The notes beneath the pieces were generated by a model, which searched no databases, was not told the DNA's origin, and was given only the letters and a program-made list of their open reading frames with translations. A stretch of 64,000 bases of DNA from Mobula hypostoma (Eukaryota): positions 79,920,001-79,984,000 of the forward strand of contig NC_086108.1 of assembly GCF_963921235.1 (NCBI RefSeq), written 5' to 3'. Every line of letters begins with the position of its first letter. Position 1 is the stretch's first letter. This document shows positions 25,675 to 39,561 of the stretch, piece after piece. The position numbers were made by a program, and so were the translations under genes.

Positions 25675-25810
25675 TGAGGTTGAGGAATAAACATTGGCCA
25701 GGATACTGGAGAGCCGCTGCTTTTCTTCAGAAATGTACCATAGGATCTTTAACATCCACCTGTGAGGCAGGCCAGGGCCATGGTTCAAATTTCATCTGAT
25801 AGATGAGACC
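25675..25810 (-). mobile_element. DeuSINE (SacSINE1/AmnSINE1-like) core fragment
   Basis: ataaacattggccaggatac...ggatctttaacatccacctg... resembles the Deu domain (recognised from memory); related remnants at ~9760-10020, 11455-11600 and 35730-36070. Confidence 0.5.
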
Positions 25811-27654
25811 AATGGATACCGTCTGGTGGAATTTTATTTCCCTTTTGTTGTTGGTTTAATATATCTAGTGTCTTGGCAATCATTTAAACTGTGCAGCAAT
25901 ATTTTTTTCCTCTAAAACACAGGGACTGCTGCAGAAAAGAGAGAACTCGGGCACAGCTGTGGAACAGCAGTAACCTTTCTGCTAGTCCTTACTGACTTTC
26001 CAGCTTTAAAGCCTTTGAGCCCCATGTGTGCCGAGGAAGGCCAAGTGTTTATCTAACAACATAGTAAGATAAGCAACAATATACATTACTTGGAATTCAC
26101 AGGAATGGCACGCAACTCCAATGAAGGCCCAGGATCTGTCTCCCCGCCTCATTGAAAACAATTTTTTTTTGGTTTACGAGTTTCCACTGTGGCTTGGTTA
26201 TGTCTACGTATGTTCTGGAGAGGAAGGTGGGGGTTGGTTTGTATGTTAAAGGGGCCATGGCATCTATTTTGTGGGGAAGAGTCCAGTTGTAACCGCACTT
26301 TGAAGCGATTTGGAAGGAAATATGCTGACGGGGTTTCGACAAGTTTGTAAAATTAATTTCACGAGTAACATTTTGTTACAGTCCTCTGAACCCAATCCAC
26401 AGCCCATTCTTTGTGCCAATCTTCTTCTTACCCTGTTAAAAAATAGTTGTGGTCCTGGCTTGTAAAACTGCTGATGAATCATTTAGCAAGGGATTCTTGC
26501 AATGATATTGCTGAAAAGTCAAACTTCAGCCATGCTTTTTTTGGTCCAAACATAACTAACTCTCAATTTGCTGCTCCATCACTGCCAGAAAATTCACTGG
26601 GCTGAATATTCTGCATTACTGTCTTGTTTCTTTATCATTGACTTTCTAATAACACTCTCTAAGCAGACTGAGGAAAATGCCTTGCCCTGGCCCGTTTGAC
26701 CCCTCCACAATTAGCTAATATCACTGTGGGAGGATTGAGGGTGGGGGTGCAGGATCTGCACCTATGATAATGAGGTTCAGTCTGTCAAATTAGCCCCAAC
26801 ACCAAGGCTGCCTTTTGCTGCAAATCATCAGGCAAAGATGCTTCTACTTCCTGGTGACTGCAATTACCAAAATTCAATTTGGTATTTTACAGTAATGAAT
26901 GAACATGTTGGTTAATCTCCCCCACCAAAAAAAAACTTAATTGCTCTCCCCCCCCACCCCCATGCCCTCCTAGTACAACAATCAGACGAGCAAGCATTTT
27001 CTGTTTATTTTACTGAAGCCAACAGTCTGAAAATCAATTGGTTGGCATGTTTTTGCCAGACCTCCAGGTAGGTAGCATGTCAGAATCCCGTTGTTTATGC
27101 CTTATGTAATCTTTTCCATTCTGGCGAAAGCTTGTTGAAAAATGCAGAGTTTGTTCAGCTGTTTATGGTGCATGCACCAAAGAAGAAATATTTACAACAA
27201 TTTCCTTACACTAACCCACGCTATCTGACTGGCTCTCTAAATAAGACCTCCCTGCCTGAAAGTCTACCTTGTGGTTCATTTAGCTCAATGTTTAAAATAA
27301 AAAGTCAGCTGGGGCTTTCAAAATAGTATCTCTGTTTCCCATCAGTTTTAAATGATGCAGAGTAGAAATTCCTCCCGTGCATCCACCCTTCTGCCATTTC
27401 TCCGTTTTTTCAATTCTTTTCCTTTATACAAGGGTACAAACACAGAAGCAAGAGCCCATTTCAAGTCTGCTTCACCATTCAATATGATTATAGAAGATCT
27501 GACAATAGGCTCCACCTTCCTGCTTGATCCCTAAAACATTGGACTCCCCTGTAGACAAAATCATGGCCATCTTAAAGGGTCTGTTCTAATCACCTAAATG
27601 GATAGAAAATCTATCCCTTATCCTCTGTGGCTGCTGTAGACTGGAATTGCACCC

Positions 27655-28265
27655 AGCCTCACAAGTTGATAGGGTAGTTAAGAAGGCTTATGGTGTGTTG
27701 GCCCTTATTAGCCAGGGGATTGACGTCAGGAGCTGCAAGGTTATCTTGTAGCTCTATAAAACTCTGGTTAGACTACACTTGGAGTATTGTGTTCAGTTCT
27801 GGTCGACTCGTTATAGGAAGGATGTGGAGATTTTGGAGAAGGTGCAGAGGAGGTTTACCAGGACACTGCCCAGATTAGCGAGTGTGTCTTATGAGGAATA
27901 GTTGAGTGAGCTAGGGTTTTCTCTTTCGAGTGAAGGAATATGAGAGGCACAGATGGAGTGGACAGCTATTGCCCTTTTCCCCAGGGAGGCAATGTCAATA
28001 CCAGACGCCATCTTTGCAAGGTGAGTGGAGGAAAGTTAATGGGAGATGTCACAGGTAGGGATGTTTTATACACGGAGGGTGGTGGGTGCACTGCCGGGAT
28101 GATGGTCGATACAGAGCGACAGTTGAGAGACTCGTAGTCACATGAATGGAGGGTTATGGGTTGTGTAGGAGAAAAGGATTAGATTAATTGTGAAGTAGGG
28201 TGAGATAGGTCAGCACGATATCGTAGGCTGAATGGCCGTCCTGTGCTTACGCTTCTATGTGATGT
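27655..28265 (+). mobile_element. Decayed CR1 3' fragment (intronic, antisense to ptch2)
   Basis: ctctataaaactctggttagactacacttggagtattgtgttcagttctgg, homologous to the copy at 6062-6807. Confidence 0.85.
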
Positions 28266-28874
28266 GTTATCAACCTTTGCCCAACATCATGCAATTTAGA
28301 AATCATATTGTAAGAGTATGAAACACCTTAGCTTCAAACTTCTTCTCCCCTCCTCATAGATAGCCAACACAGCCCGAGGATTTTAATTGCTTATTAGTAT
28401 GTATTACATAACTGACCAGCTATTTTACTTGAATGGAACCAATTTGAATTCACAGAATGCAGGGTCTACATAAATGATAACTGATGTGTTATTGAATTTT
28501 TTGCTGATTCTAAAAGTACAATAGTAACCACAATTCAAAAGTACTCCATTGTCTGTGGAACATTTTGGGATCTCCTTTCTTTCATGACATATGGATCCCC
28601 ACAGTGGTGGCCATATGCCAGTGATAGCATGTTCTTATTTATTCGTAAATCAGAAGGTTGTGGAAGTGTGCCCACACTATGGGACTGTACTGAGAAAGTG
28701 CTGAGCTGTTGAAGGTGGTAGCATTCAGAGGAGACAGTGCTTTTTTTCTTAAATGGCCGGACAGAAAAAGGAAGCTCGAGGCCATGCTTTGAAAAAGAAA
28801 TGCTGCAGTGGTGGTGGTGGGGAAGAGGTTGTTCTCCCTGTTTTTCTGGCCTCAAACAACATCCCATCAAATAA

Positions 28875-29010
28875 AAAGCAAAAACCTGCAGATGCTGCCA
28901 GTCTGAAACAAAAAAGAAACAAAAAGTGCTGAAAACACTCAGCAGCTAGACAGTATCCATGAACGGAGAAACAGTCAGCATTTCATGTCTGAGATCCTCC
29001 GTCAGAACAC
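28875..29010 (-). mobile_element. Older PLE-terminus fragment
   Basis: ctgcagatgctg...acactcagcag; minus strand CTGACGG...GAAATGCTGACTG degenerate hammerhead motif. Confidence 0.55.
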
Positions 29011-29595
29011 TAAAACAGATTGTATCACTTCTGTGTGTAGTGGTTTGCTATGCACAAATTAAGCTGAAATGTTTCAGGCGTAGCCACTGTCTGCAGAACA
29101 AATGAAAATCACAGTCTTCAATGGCTGACATTATGAAAGTTGTGCATAAAGGGAAAAATTCTTTTGCTACATGTGCTGTGAATCATAGAAAAGGCAGCTT
29201 AAAATGGATGGAGAAGATGACAATTACATTTTCTTTTTATTTGGCATTGGTACTGCTTTATATCTTAAAATCTTAATTGGCATCTCTATTTGGCAAGGCA
29301 TCTGGAATAGTTTCAACCACTGAAGTGGATATCTGTGACAGTTTCTAGTTTAGACTTGGCTTTAAGGTGCAAAAAATTTTAGCTGCATTCAGATCTCTGC
29401 CTTCTCTGTGAACTGCTTCAAAAAGGTAGCTGGATTCTGTCTGAATGACATGGCTTAAGAAAACATTGTCCTGGTAGCAAATAGTAGACGGTAGGAATTG
29501 CACTTCAGAAACTCTGGGTGCCCATCATTTCCAGTGGGTTCTGCCAGAGTTCCAGGAATGCCTCAAGGAATTTTGACTCCTGCAAGTCAAACCAC

Positions 29596-29604
29596 TGGGT
29601 GGTC
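29596..29604 (-). promoter_or_regulatory. Consensus GLI binding site (intron 20 equivalent)
   Basis: TGGGTGGTC on plus = GACCACCCA on minus. Confidence 0.6.
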
Positions 29605-31040
29605 TGGAAATCCATCAAGCAAATATCTACAAAGCAGCATTCTTAGGTTGCCAACTTTTCCTTCCTTTCTAGCTGGTATATCGTTCAAGGAAGAATGGAA
29701 ACACGTGCAGAAATAAAACAAAAAAATAGCTTACCATTCACAATTATACTTTTAATGTTACAGTATGTTTTAATCTCCGCTCAGGGCAATGGTTTGAGAT
29801 TCCAAACACTTGTCACAACCCATTCTGGAAGGCAATGTGTTCGAGTCTTATTTTTGCCTGGGAACACTTTTTGACTGGATATCTACTCAGTGTCATAGGT
29901 TACATCAAAGAAGTGGGATTGACAGCTGAGTATCACCCTTGCAGAGAGCATTGAAAGGCACTTATATCTCTATCACATATGCACATCCAATCCACATCAG
30001 ACACTGGACCTCAGTGAGTCTACTGAAAGTATTCTGTACAGTCTTTTGCATCATTAAAGTAACGCAGTTTTATTGAAGTTGACACTCAAAGAATATTTAC
30101 TCTTGAAATTTTAAGTGAAGTGCTGTAGTAGTTTGAATTCTAACATTAGTTTAATTTGTGGCAAATACAGCATCAGTTTCACACACAGGGAGACCATCCA
30201 GTCCATCGAGTTAATGTTTGATAACAATCCATTTAGTCCCAGGCCTTCAGTTCTTCCAACAGTTCTTCAGACTTGTTTACTTTCAAATATTTATCAAAAT
30301 GCTGTATCCAAATGCTTAACCAATTGAAAAGTTGTATTATTACCCTTAGTGTTAGGTTGTAACAGTCTAAGGATAAAGGTTAGTTCAGTGAACAGATCCC
30401 TTTAAATTAAGGAACACTTCTTTCTTTGTTCAGAAACTATCTCCAAAGGCACAAATCTCCTCCAGATTAGATTGGCTCCAGGTGACCTACATCACTTTCC
30501 AAAAGAGAAAAGCAATGACTGTGTAGATTTGGTAGTAAATTACTGAGAACCAATCTCAACTGGGAAATACTCGTGGCTTTGATGATGGGAGCTAAACATA
30601 GAACAGGAGACAGCTGTTTACTTAAAGGAATGACACAATCTCTGGAAAATTTGTCCTTAAATTGTTACAGCACCTCAAACTGATAGAGTATCATAATTTA
30701 ATAATTATTTTGAAGATTTGAAATTATGATGGGGGCAAGATTTAGTAGAGGCATACTAAAATATGATTGGTTTAGATAGGGTAACTGGGTGAAACCATTG
30801 TCAAGCACAGGGGTGAAGGACAAGACATGACAGGCTCCTTCCAATCCTTTCCAACGTTGGTCACCTTACTTCACTGTAGGAAATGATTCTCATTTCTCCC
30901 TTTATAAATTTATCAAAAGACATGATTTGAAGTTTGGAGTAATGTTGGGGAAATTCGGAGAAGAGAAAAATAAAGGACAATCACTCATTTTAATACTAGA
31001 TTTTTACCTTCTGCTGATTAATTTACTAATCTCCCAGATC

Positions 31041-31215
31041 AAGACCATAAGACCATAAGACATAGGAGCAGAAGTAGGCCATTTGACCCATTGAGTCTAC
31101 TCCGCCATTCATTCATGGCAGATCCTTTTATCCCCTCCTCAACCCCATTCCCCGATAAGACCATAAGAGTTAGGAGCAGAATTAGGCCATTTGTCCCAAA
31201 CAAAATTAGGCCATA
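31041..31215 (-). mobile_element. Stacked CR1-type 3' tails
   Basis: (agaccata)n followed by taggagcagaa.taggccattt, present twice. Confidence 0.65.
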
Positions 31216-31685
31216 AGGCCCTCAAGAGCCCCCATTTTCAGCAATATCATTAAAGGGGGCAAAGGATATGACTGATGAAGGCTTATCACTCTGGAAAGTC
31301 GCGTTTTGTTTTAGATGAGGTGAGAGAAATTGAATGTATATAAAATGTTTTTCTTTCTTCCCCCATCATAAGAGTAATTATCTAACGTCCTGAATATTGC
31401 CACTCAAGAAACATTCTTGCTCTCAGGGAATATCAATGTACATTGGGTGTAACAGCATAAGAAGCAGGATCTTATGTGTAAGGAAGGGTATACAGAATTA
31501 GCTAAGTTAGACGGCTGCTGATTCCCTTAACTCACTCTTTTGTTTGGGGCATTGCAGTTAACAACATAAGGTGCAAGGAACAACAGCTTGGAAAGACTGA
31601 AAAATAATCTTTAATTTTTCATTCTTTTTCATGCTGAATAATTACAAAGTAAATTCTTGCAGTAAAGTTTGTCCCCAAAACCTAC

Positions 31686-31828
31686 CTAATGATGAAGTCA
31701 AATTCAGAACCAGCCAACATCAGGACCCCCAGTAGTGTAGAGATTGCTCCATCGATCACTGGTGCAAACATATGTTCCAGAGCTGCAGCAGAGCGCATAT
31801 TCTTGTTCCCAATGGCAGTCAGGAAACC
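31686..31828 (-). CDS. ptch2: Patched exon (exon 20 equivalent), 143 nt
   Basis: Manual translation [47 protein letters not shown](R); catcag / gtaggt. Confidence 0.95.
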
Positions 31829-32701
31829 CTGATGGGTATAAACATTGCATATTTATATCACTGACCAAAATGTAAAGGTATTAAATATCAACTTAAACTC
31901 ACCTTTAACGTAATTGAACAATTAACAGGATTTACTATCAAGATGTTATGTTGTCTCTCAGAAAGAAATCACTTATTTTCACTTATTTTATTTCCAATGG
32001 CCATCAATATTTTGTTTCAGTCAGGGCTAAAGTATTCAATTTTAAATATGCACAGCCAGTACCAGTTCACATTGACTTGGACAGAAATGTCCCAAGGCAC
32101 TTCAGAGAACCATTTCCAATAAAAGTCATTTAAAATCAACTCTGAACCAAGGACAAATTTATCAGAAGACATGATTTGAAGTTTGGTCAATGATATTGGT
32201 TTGAAGCATGGCCCCTATGGAGGAGGAGGAGATTTTTCAAAAAGGCTAAGAAGTTTAGGGAGGGGTCTATGATCTAGACAGTCGGCAGGAGAAGCTTTGG
32301 TTATCAATGATAAGCTTGGGTAGAAAGAAAGAGAGAGACTTGGATTCATCTACAAAATCTGACTATTGAAAAAGTTCTGAGTCTAGCATTGATATGAACT
32401 GGTTAGTAGAAGAATCAGAGGAGAGTGGAGGATAATGTCTTTCACCTGAATGGTGATAGGATCTGATCCACTCCCTGAAAGAGTATTGAGGCAGAAACAT
32501 CATTGAGTGCCCCAGATGTTCCATTGAAGAACCGAAACCTGGGAAGTGGGTTAAAGATTGGGAGCTCTTTTTCTAATAGAACAAACACAATGGGCTGAAT
32601 GGTTCCTTCAGTATTGCTTTTTTTAAAAAATGATTTTCTACGAGGACTGGCTGCAGATGTTCTGTTGGCAGGCAAGCACAGGACTGCAGTGATCGACTTA
32701 C

Positions 32702-32839
32702 CAGAGCTACATGAACAGTGAATTCCACTCCAATTCCAACGGAAGCAATCAGGATCACTACAGGGATTGCACTCAGTTTGATTCCCATTAGTCCCATGAT
32801 TCCAAACAGCTCGACCGTCATCATAGCCAAAATAAACAC
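32702..32839 (-). CDS. ptch2: Patched exon (exon 19 equivalent), 138 nt, TM9-10
   Basis: [46 protein letters not shown]; ctgtag / gtaagt. Confidence 0.95.
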
Positions 32840-35800
32840 CTACAGATAAGTAAGAGAAGTGAAGGTGTCAGACTTGAATGGGCTTACCTCACTAGAAATG
32901 CCTTTGCATTAGTATAACCACCAGGCCGGAGTACCTTATTAGCTAGTTACCACATACAGAAAGGGTTGATGAGTGATTTATTGAGGAGTCAATACATGTA
33001 GTCATAACTTCCACAAAAAAAAGTTCAAAGTACAATTACAAAAGGGAAGAAATACTAATAGGTTGTACTAGCACAGGCACAAGAAAACAAATGGAAACAT
33101 ATTGTACTGCAATATTGAATCTGGAGGCAAAAGTACTGAAAATCCCACTGTTCAAAAAAATGTCACCTCAGATCAGATCCTTGGCCAGCAGGTATTGAAT
33201 TTGCTGAAGTTTGGACTTTGCACCATTGATAACCCCTGCCTGACCGCTGCTATTACAATGCAATCCTTTGAAGCCATAAAGAAAATCGACTGCAAAAAGA
33301 AGCCACAAGTGTGGACTTTCCCCAAGGTGAGCTGCATATAACTCAAGCAGGAACAAAGTCAGAATCCACTCCCAACTTTAATTGTTCTTCTTTGAGGTAG
33401 TAGTTACGTGGCTAGAAGCCAGACCGGGTAAGATGGCAAACCTTATTGAAAAAGATAGGCTTTTATGACAATAGTTTAATTGTTTGTACTTTCTACATAA
33501 TTATGTGTGCGACAGAATAAATAGATGCCAGCTCATTGCTCCCCCTGCTTTTCAATTGGCTGACACACAGATGATGTCACAGGTGGACGGTAGCAGCTTC
33601 CCTGTATTACCTTTTCAACCAATGGCATCACCCAGTGGGACAGACCACAGAGAAAGGTGGCTAGGTAGGTGGGAGGGATAGAAAAAATAATTATGGTATT
33701 AACATCTAAATTACATAAAGGCTCTTTGAGTGTTTGAAACGACAAATAGACCCACTTGTTGGCAAGATCGGAAATGTTTCTTGTAAACTTAAGGATTACT
33801 TTAAAGGTTAACTTCAAAAAGTGGGAGGAGAAAGGTAGAAAGGTGTTCCTCCTTGGTAAGAAGATGCTGGAGCAAGGGTTTTGTTTATAGTCTGCGCTTT
33901 TATCTTCCGCTGTGAGCTATTTAAATGTAAATTCCTGCAGCACCTCCAGCCCAGACCTGGAGAAGATGAGGACAGCAGCAAGCAAGTATTCACTCTGAAC
34001 CTTGCTGCCAGCATCATCTGTTAGGCATCGGGTTACAGGGGCCTCCTGTGATTCAGTGTTTACAAGGAAAGTCTACCATCTTTAAACCAAGGACAAATGA
34101 AGCTTTTCATTCCCTCCACCGCCCCCCCCCCCCACAGAAACATTCCTCCTAACTCTTTGCTCAGTTAGTTTCAGCATTACACATTTGGCTGCCTGAACTT
34201 TAGTGAACAGTCAAAACTGTGTGCCTGCAAGATAACTGGTACTCTCTTTTCTTGGCTTTCCTATGCCTAGGGAACGATAAGATTCTTGCTTTGATGTCAG
34301 CATGAGGCAGGTTCTGTCACGCATACCCTGTTGTTTGACTAGGGCAGAAGGAATCACTGATAACTCTAAATTCCTTCCAAACTGAATAGGGTTATTATAC
34401 AGGGATGAGTTTTCACCATGTTACTGTTATAAAGCATATTGCCACTATAGAAACTCAAAATTAATGGGTTATTTAACATATTTTCGAAGGTACGTATTAG
34501 CTGGTGCAAAATGTACTGTCAGAAAATAGGAGGGAAAATATCACAAGCAAGATATACGGGTCTCTCTTTCCCAAAGGTATATATCAACTTCAGCTGTGGC
34601 AAATTATAGGCTGTTCTCTGTTCCTCGAGGGAAGGATGAAGAGTGAAGGGCAGCACATCCTTCAGCCCTGATGCTAGAACATGCCGACTGCCAGTGACCA
34701 ACTGAACAAATAAAAGCTTTAGAATTCCACATATGTTGAAGCCTATCAGCACATGAAGTTGAGGAAGTCTTGGGGGTGGGGAGTGGTGAGTGGTGGAGGG
34801 GAGAGGAAAGCAGCAGACTCCTGGGTGGTGGCCACTGTGCTAGGACTGAAATGGAGGGTTGGGCTACTGAAATGGCAAATTAATCACAAGTTAATACAAC
34901 AAAACAAACATTTTTTGAACATTCAAAATCCCTCAATTCGGTAACATTCCTTCTAAGACAACTCCAGCTACTTATTCTCATCCATTTACTGAATACAGCA
35001 ATAACCATGGGTACTTTCCATAATAGTTTCTGTTGCAATGTCTTTACCTATTTTTGCATTTGTTACTTTACAAAAAGAACTGCATATAATTTGTTTCATT
35101 GGTGGTAAAGATTTAGATATTCTGGAAAATATGTGGAAGGTACTATACATTGTTTTAATGTGTACACAGAACAAGAAGAGGTTGACTGATGTGACTTGGG
35201 AACTGCAATGTCTTCCATTTACTCGACTGTTTATATTCCCAAAGTAATTTCAAAGATGAGCCAATGTGCAGTAATATTAAGGATTTGTGAAATGCCATTA
35301 CAGAAGGCCAAAGCACTTCAAATAACTTAAAGTAAAACCAAATACATTTTGCTGAGTAGAGGATTTACAAACATGGTAAGAGGGTGGATAGATGAAGCCA
35401 ATGTATCAAAACAGGACAAGGCTATTTAATTTCACAGCTGTTTCCTCCTTCTAGATCTTCTAATGCCCTTTCTAATTCTTTGTGAGTCTCTGTTTCATAA
35501 CATTTTGATATTGTAGACCAGAGTTACAAAGGAACCAACTGGATAACCAAAGGATTTTGGAGGGAAATAGCGATTACTTTTTAATGGCACTATACTTAAC
35601 CCAAGATCAAGTAAATCTCTTGACTGTGCTTGATTACACTTGAGAAATACCTTTTGTGTATTTTTTCTTTTGTATAGATTATATGCTACAAGGATAGTCA
35701 ATGTTACTTATTAAGGAAAAAAATTAATTTATATAGTAGTACCTTTCACAACCTCAGGGAACTTATCTAACACTTTAAGTGCAGTACCTTTAATAAAGTG

Positions 35801-36703
35801 GGCCTGTAGCTGTCAGTTTGGAACATTGTCCCACAAACTGCACCAGCCAGATTATCTGTTGCCTTTAAAGACTTTTTAAGGGATTAATATTTAGATAGGG
35901 CAATGGTTAAAAACTCCATTTTCCTCTTTGAAATTTCCACTCAAGGGTCCAGATGGGGCATCAGTTAAAGTCTCGTCCTCAGTCCTGCATTGAAGGAGGC
36001 TAGATTTTGAGTTCAGGTCTCTGGCAGGGCTCTTCAGCTTCCTTCTGATTCAGTGCTACCACACAATTGACACATTTGGCTTTGCAAAGTGTTATGCGTT
36101 CTACATTTCTTAGAGTAAACTATGCCTGTCGCTTCCTTTTCCAAGTGAATCTTTTTTTTGGCAATTCCCTCCTAAAGCTCGGCTTACTTTTCATGGTACT
36201 ATTGACTGAGCCTTGGAATAAAGCCTTGTGGTGACCCCCTCCCGCCAAAAGGCCTCCCACCTCTGCTGCCATAGTCTGTCAGCCGTTGATGGATTGATTT
36301 ATCACATGAAGGTCAAGCCAAGGACTGCTTTTTTCCCCTGAATTCAACAGAAAGGGATGTGAAAGTCCCCTGAGCACTAACTATTTTATCACTGTTTTCT
36401 TAAAAAATTACTTCCCACTGTACTCTATAAACCTCAAACAATATCCCCTACAATTTAATTTATTGGCAACTGTCAGCGATTCTTTGGAGACTAGAAAGGT
36501 TATGAAAATTAAAGTATCGTGCTGTATTTCTTTAGAATTCATGTTGTCTACTTCTATTCCTTTTTAGAGCATCAGTTGATTTTTTTTAATAAAGCAAAAG
36601 AACAAGATACAGCACATGAATAAATTACATAACTTTTCGTCTGGCAACTTGAGATATTCAAATATTAGATGTTGGGTAGATAAAATGTCGGATCATTGTG
36701 ATT

Positions 36704-36705
<2 letters not shown>

Positions 36706-36738
<33 letters not shown>
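36706..36738. repeat. (TG)n microsatellite followed by a GA-rich tract to ~36890
   Basis: Direct reading. Confidence 0.95.
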
Positions 36739-36743
<5 letters not shown>

Positions 36744-37614
36744 AAGTGCTGAGTCATTCTTTTTTATTTTGTATGTGTGAGAGACAGAGACGGAGAGGCA
36801 GATAGAGAAAGAAGGGAGACAGAAAGTAAAATTGAGAGAGACAGACAAAAAGAGAGAGGGACAGAGCAAGAAAGAGATGGAGATGTATGTATATGTAGTG
36901 TGTGTGTTGAAGCCAATTTAACTTCTCTTTAGAAAGACTTTTAGTATCCTGAAATCATTACTTAAATGTGTTGGAGGGAGGATACAAGTCCTAACTGAAT
37001 AATCTACAAACCACCGGATCGATATTGCAAATACAATATATTTAAAGTAAAATATTTGCAAAATAGCACTCAACATTACAAAAACTGTTTAAATAGAGTT
37101 CGGTATCTTGGTTTTAGCCTTAAACTCAAGGAATCCCCACTGTGTAATTCACCAATAGATTGGATGTGGTGAGTTTTACACAGTCTCCCACAGACCATAA
37201 CTCAGTTATGCTACTTCCACTTTTAAGTTATGTGGTACCAAAGAAATGGACCCAGTTTTATTCTATATTGAAAACAGTTTGTTTTGCTCACTATTTTGTC
37301 CCTTTTACATTGCTTCCCTTTCAGGTATTTTTTATTAACTTGGACATTTCAAGGCAATCGCAGTGGAAGATAATAGTGAGTACTGGGAAGCAGTTGCTTG
37401 TGCAGCTCCCTTCTGGGGAAGAGAACAAAAAAAATAACGTACACAAGAAAAAGGAAGTGCATATCCTCGGCCACAACAAACCATTGCTTTTTCATTGTTG
37501 CAGGTGCTTGAGAATGTTAGAATTTGAATATGAAAGCAAACTTGAAAAACACTTTTTTTTAGGAATTTGCAGCCCTTGTATCCATCACATTTGTTACTTA
37601 TGAGAGGCACTTAC

Positions 37615-37895
37615 AATAATGCCAGCAGTCCAGGGATTGAGCAGCAGAAGGGCACAGACCAGGAATGTGCAGGCCAACACAATGCTGATGGTGAGCAGAA
37701 ACCAGTGTCGCAGGCCAATGTACTGTTCCCAGAACAGGAAAGGGTAGCCATTGGGATAGCTGAGCACGCCCTTCTTGGAGAATTCCTCACAGATTGCCCT
37801 GATGCTCTCGATAGCTTCGATGAAATCCGAGGTCTGCTGCAGGCCAGTCAGGTAGAAAGGAAACTGGGCAAACTCGATCATCTCAGCAGCGGGAA
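37615..37895 (-). CDS. ptch2: Patched exon (exon 18 equivalent), 281 nt
   Basis: (I)[15 protein letters not shown]...[23 protein letters not shown]...[10 protein letters not shown]; cccag / gtaagt. Confidence 0.95.
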
Positions 37896-38589
37896 CTGGG
37901 TAAAAAGGCGAGGAGAGAAACTGTTTAGTAGGAGGAAAATTGATGTAGGCAGGACTCTGTAATGTAGACCAATGGACGAGGATTCCCCCTCTTCATTATA
38001 GATTACTTGTATAACCCATATTAATATTTTATTGCTTTAAAGGTGGTAACAACATCACCAAGATTCCACGCAGCACCATTTCATAGAGTCATGGAAACGT
38101 GATGAACCTGCACTAACTGGAACAGGTGGAGTGAGAGTGCTGTAAAATGGATTTGCTGTCAAAGCTTAGATGTGGCATGTCACATGGAAACAACTGAGCA
38201 CTGCGGACGTGACATGACCACTTGGTATGGTCACCGGATGCTCAGGTGACCTCCACAATGGGTCAGAGGGTGTGATTGGTTACAACAGGTGCCGGATGAA
38301 AATTAGATAAAGAGGTTTTGAAGTACTGCAGTGTGGAGAAGTCTGGCCAGAGGGGAAAATGGAGGTGACAGAATGTGTACTGAAACAGTCAGCAGAACCC
38401 TGATGAAACTGCTAGGCTCCAGCTGTGCTCAGGATCCCTTGGGCCTCTTTGTACCACCCTGCTCCATCGTCTGATGAAGTCAGCTTCAGCTTTAAACTTG
38501 GGACACAAGAATAATCTGAGGGAGTTTATTCTCCCTCAGCACCAGTTCATTAGCCTAATCACTGCCTGGAGAGTTTTAATGCAAAGGAA

Positions 38590-38902
38590 GCAGGCTTTTT
38601 CCTCTCAGGTTGGGTGAGGTTAGGACCAGAGGTCATGAGTTTAGGGTGACTGGTAAAATATTTAAGGGGTATCTGAGGAGGAACTTCTTTATTCACAGGA
38701 TGGTGAAAGTGTGGAACTAGCTGGCAGCAGAAGTGGTTAATGCAGGTTCAATTGTAACATTTAAGAGAAGCTTGAATAGGTGCATGGATGAGAGAGGTTT
38801 TGGGGGCTGTTGTCCGGGTGCAGGTAGTTGGGACCAAGCAGAACACCAGGTCAGCATGGACTTAAAGGACCTGTTTCTGTAGTGTAATACTCTATGACTC
38901 TA
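38590..38902 (+). mobile_element. CR1 3' fragment
   Basis: gaggaggaacttctttattcacaggatggtgaaagtgtggaac; ctctatgactcta tail. Confidence 0.75.
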
Positions 38903-39380
38903 AGTACAAGAAAATACAAGTTCGTAATCACATCAGGACAACACTATACCAATGTATTGCTGCCATTTCTCTAGTGGTTTGGCTTCAAAGCAACGATTGC
39001 CTGCGCCCGTGTTGAGGCATATGGAGCCTCTTCCTTCCATGGTGATATTATAGACAATGTCAGACTTACTTTAAAATGAATTCCAGCATGCTTAGCAAGA
39101 AAGGTGATGATACCGCGTGTGTGCAAAGGCTGTCATTGTTCAATGGACCAAAGACTAACTCTTATCAAAACTAGCCACTGCAACTGGGGAAACTGGAATT
39201 ACTAATAGGAATAGACACCGAACTGAGCTTGCTTTCAACTCTATTGATGAATTGTCTTTTTTTTTTCATATTCATGTTGGGAGAAGTGCATCACTACATC
39301 TCAGTGTTAAATTCTAAACTTTTGAAGCAAATTTCTTTATTCACTTACACACACATTCTGATGCCCTTCTCAGCACTTAC

Positions 39381-39561
39381 TTCTCAAATTCTCTCCAGTT
39401 GTGTCGTATCTGTCGTGAATCCACTCAGGGGGGTGAGGGTTGAAGTTAGCCTGAGATGCAGCATAGCCCAGAGGGTCATTGCTAACCCACACCGTGAGAT
39501 AGAGGTAAAAGACGTCAGGATTTATGATCCCATCCTCATCCACCAATCGTCTTGACGATAG
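39381..39561 (-). CDS. ptch2: Patched exon (exon 17 equivalent), 181 nt
   Basis: Manual translation [60 protein letters not shown]; donor gtaagt. Confidence 0.95.

Noticed and set aside
37160..37962. Plus-strand ORFs of 147 and 131 aa
   Set aside because: One is the antisense shadow of a Patched exon and the other is low-information intron sequence.
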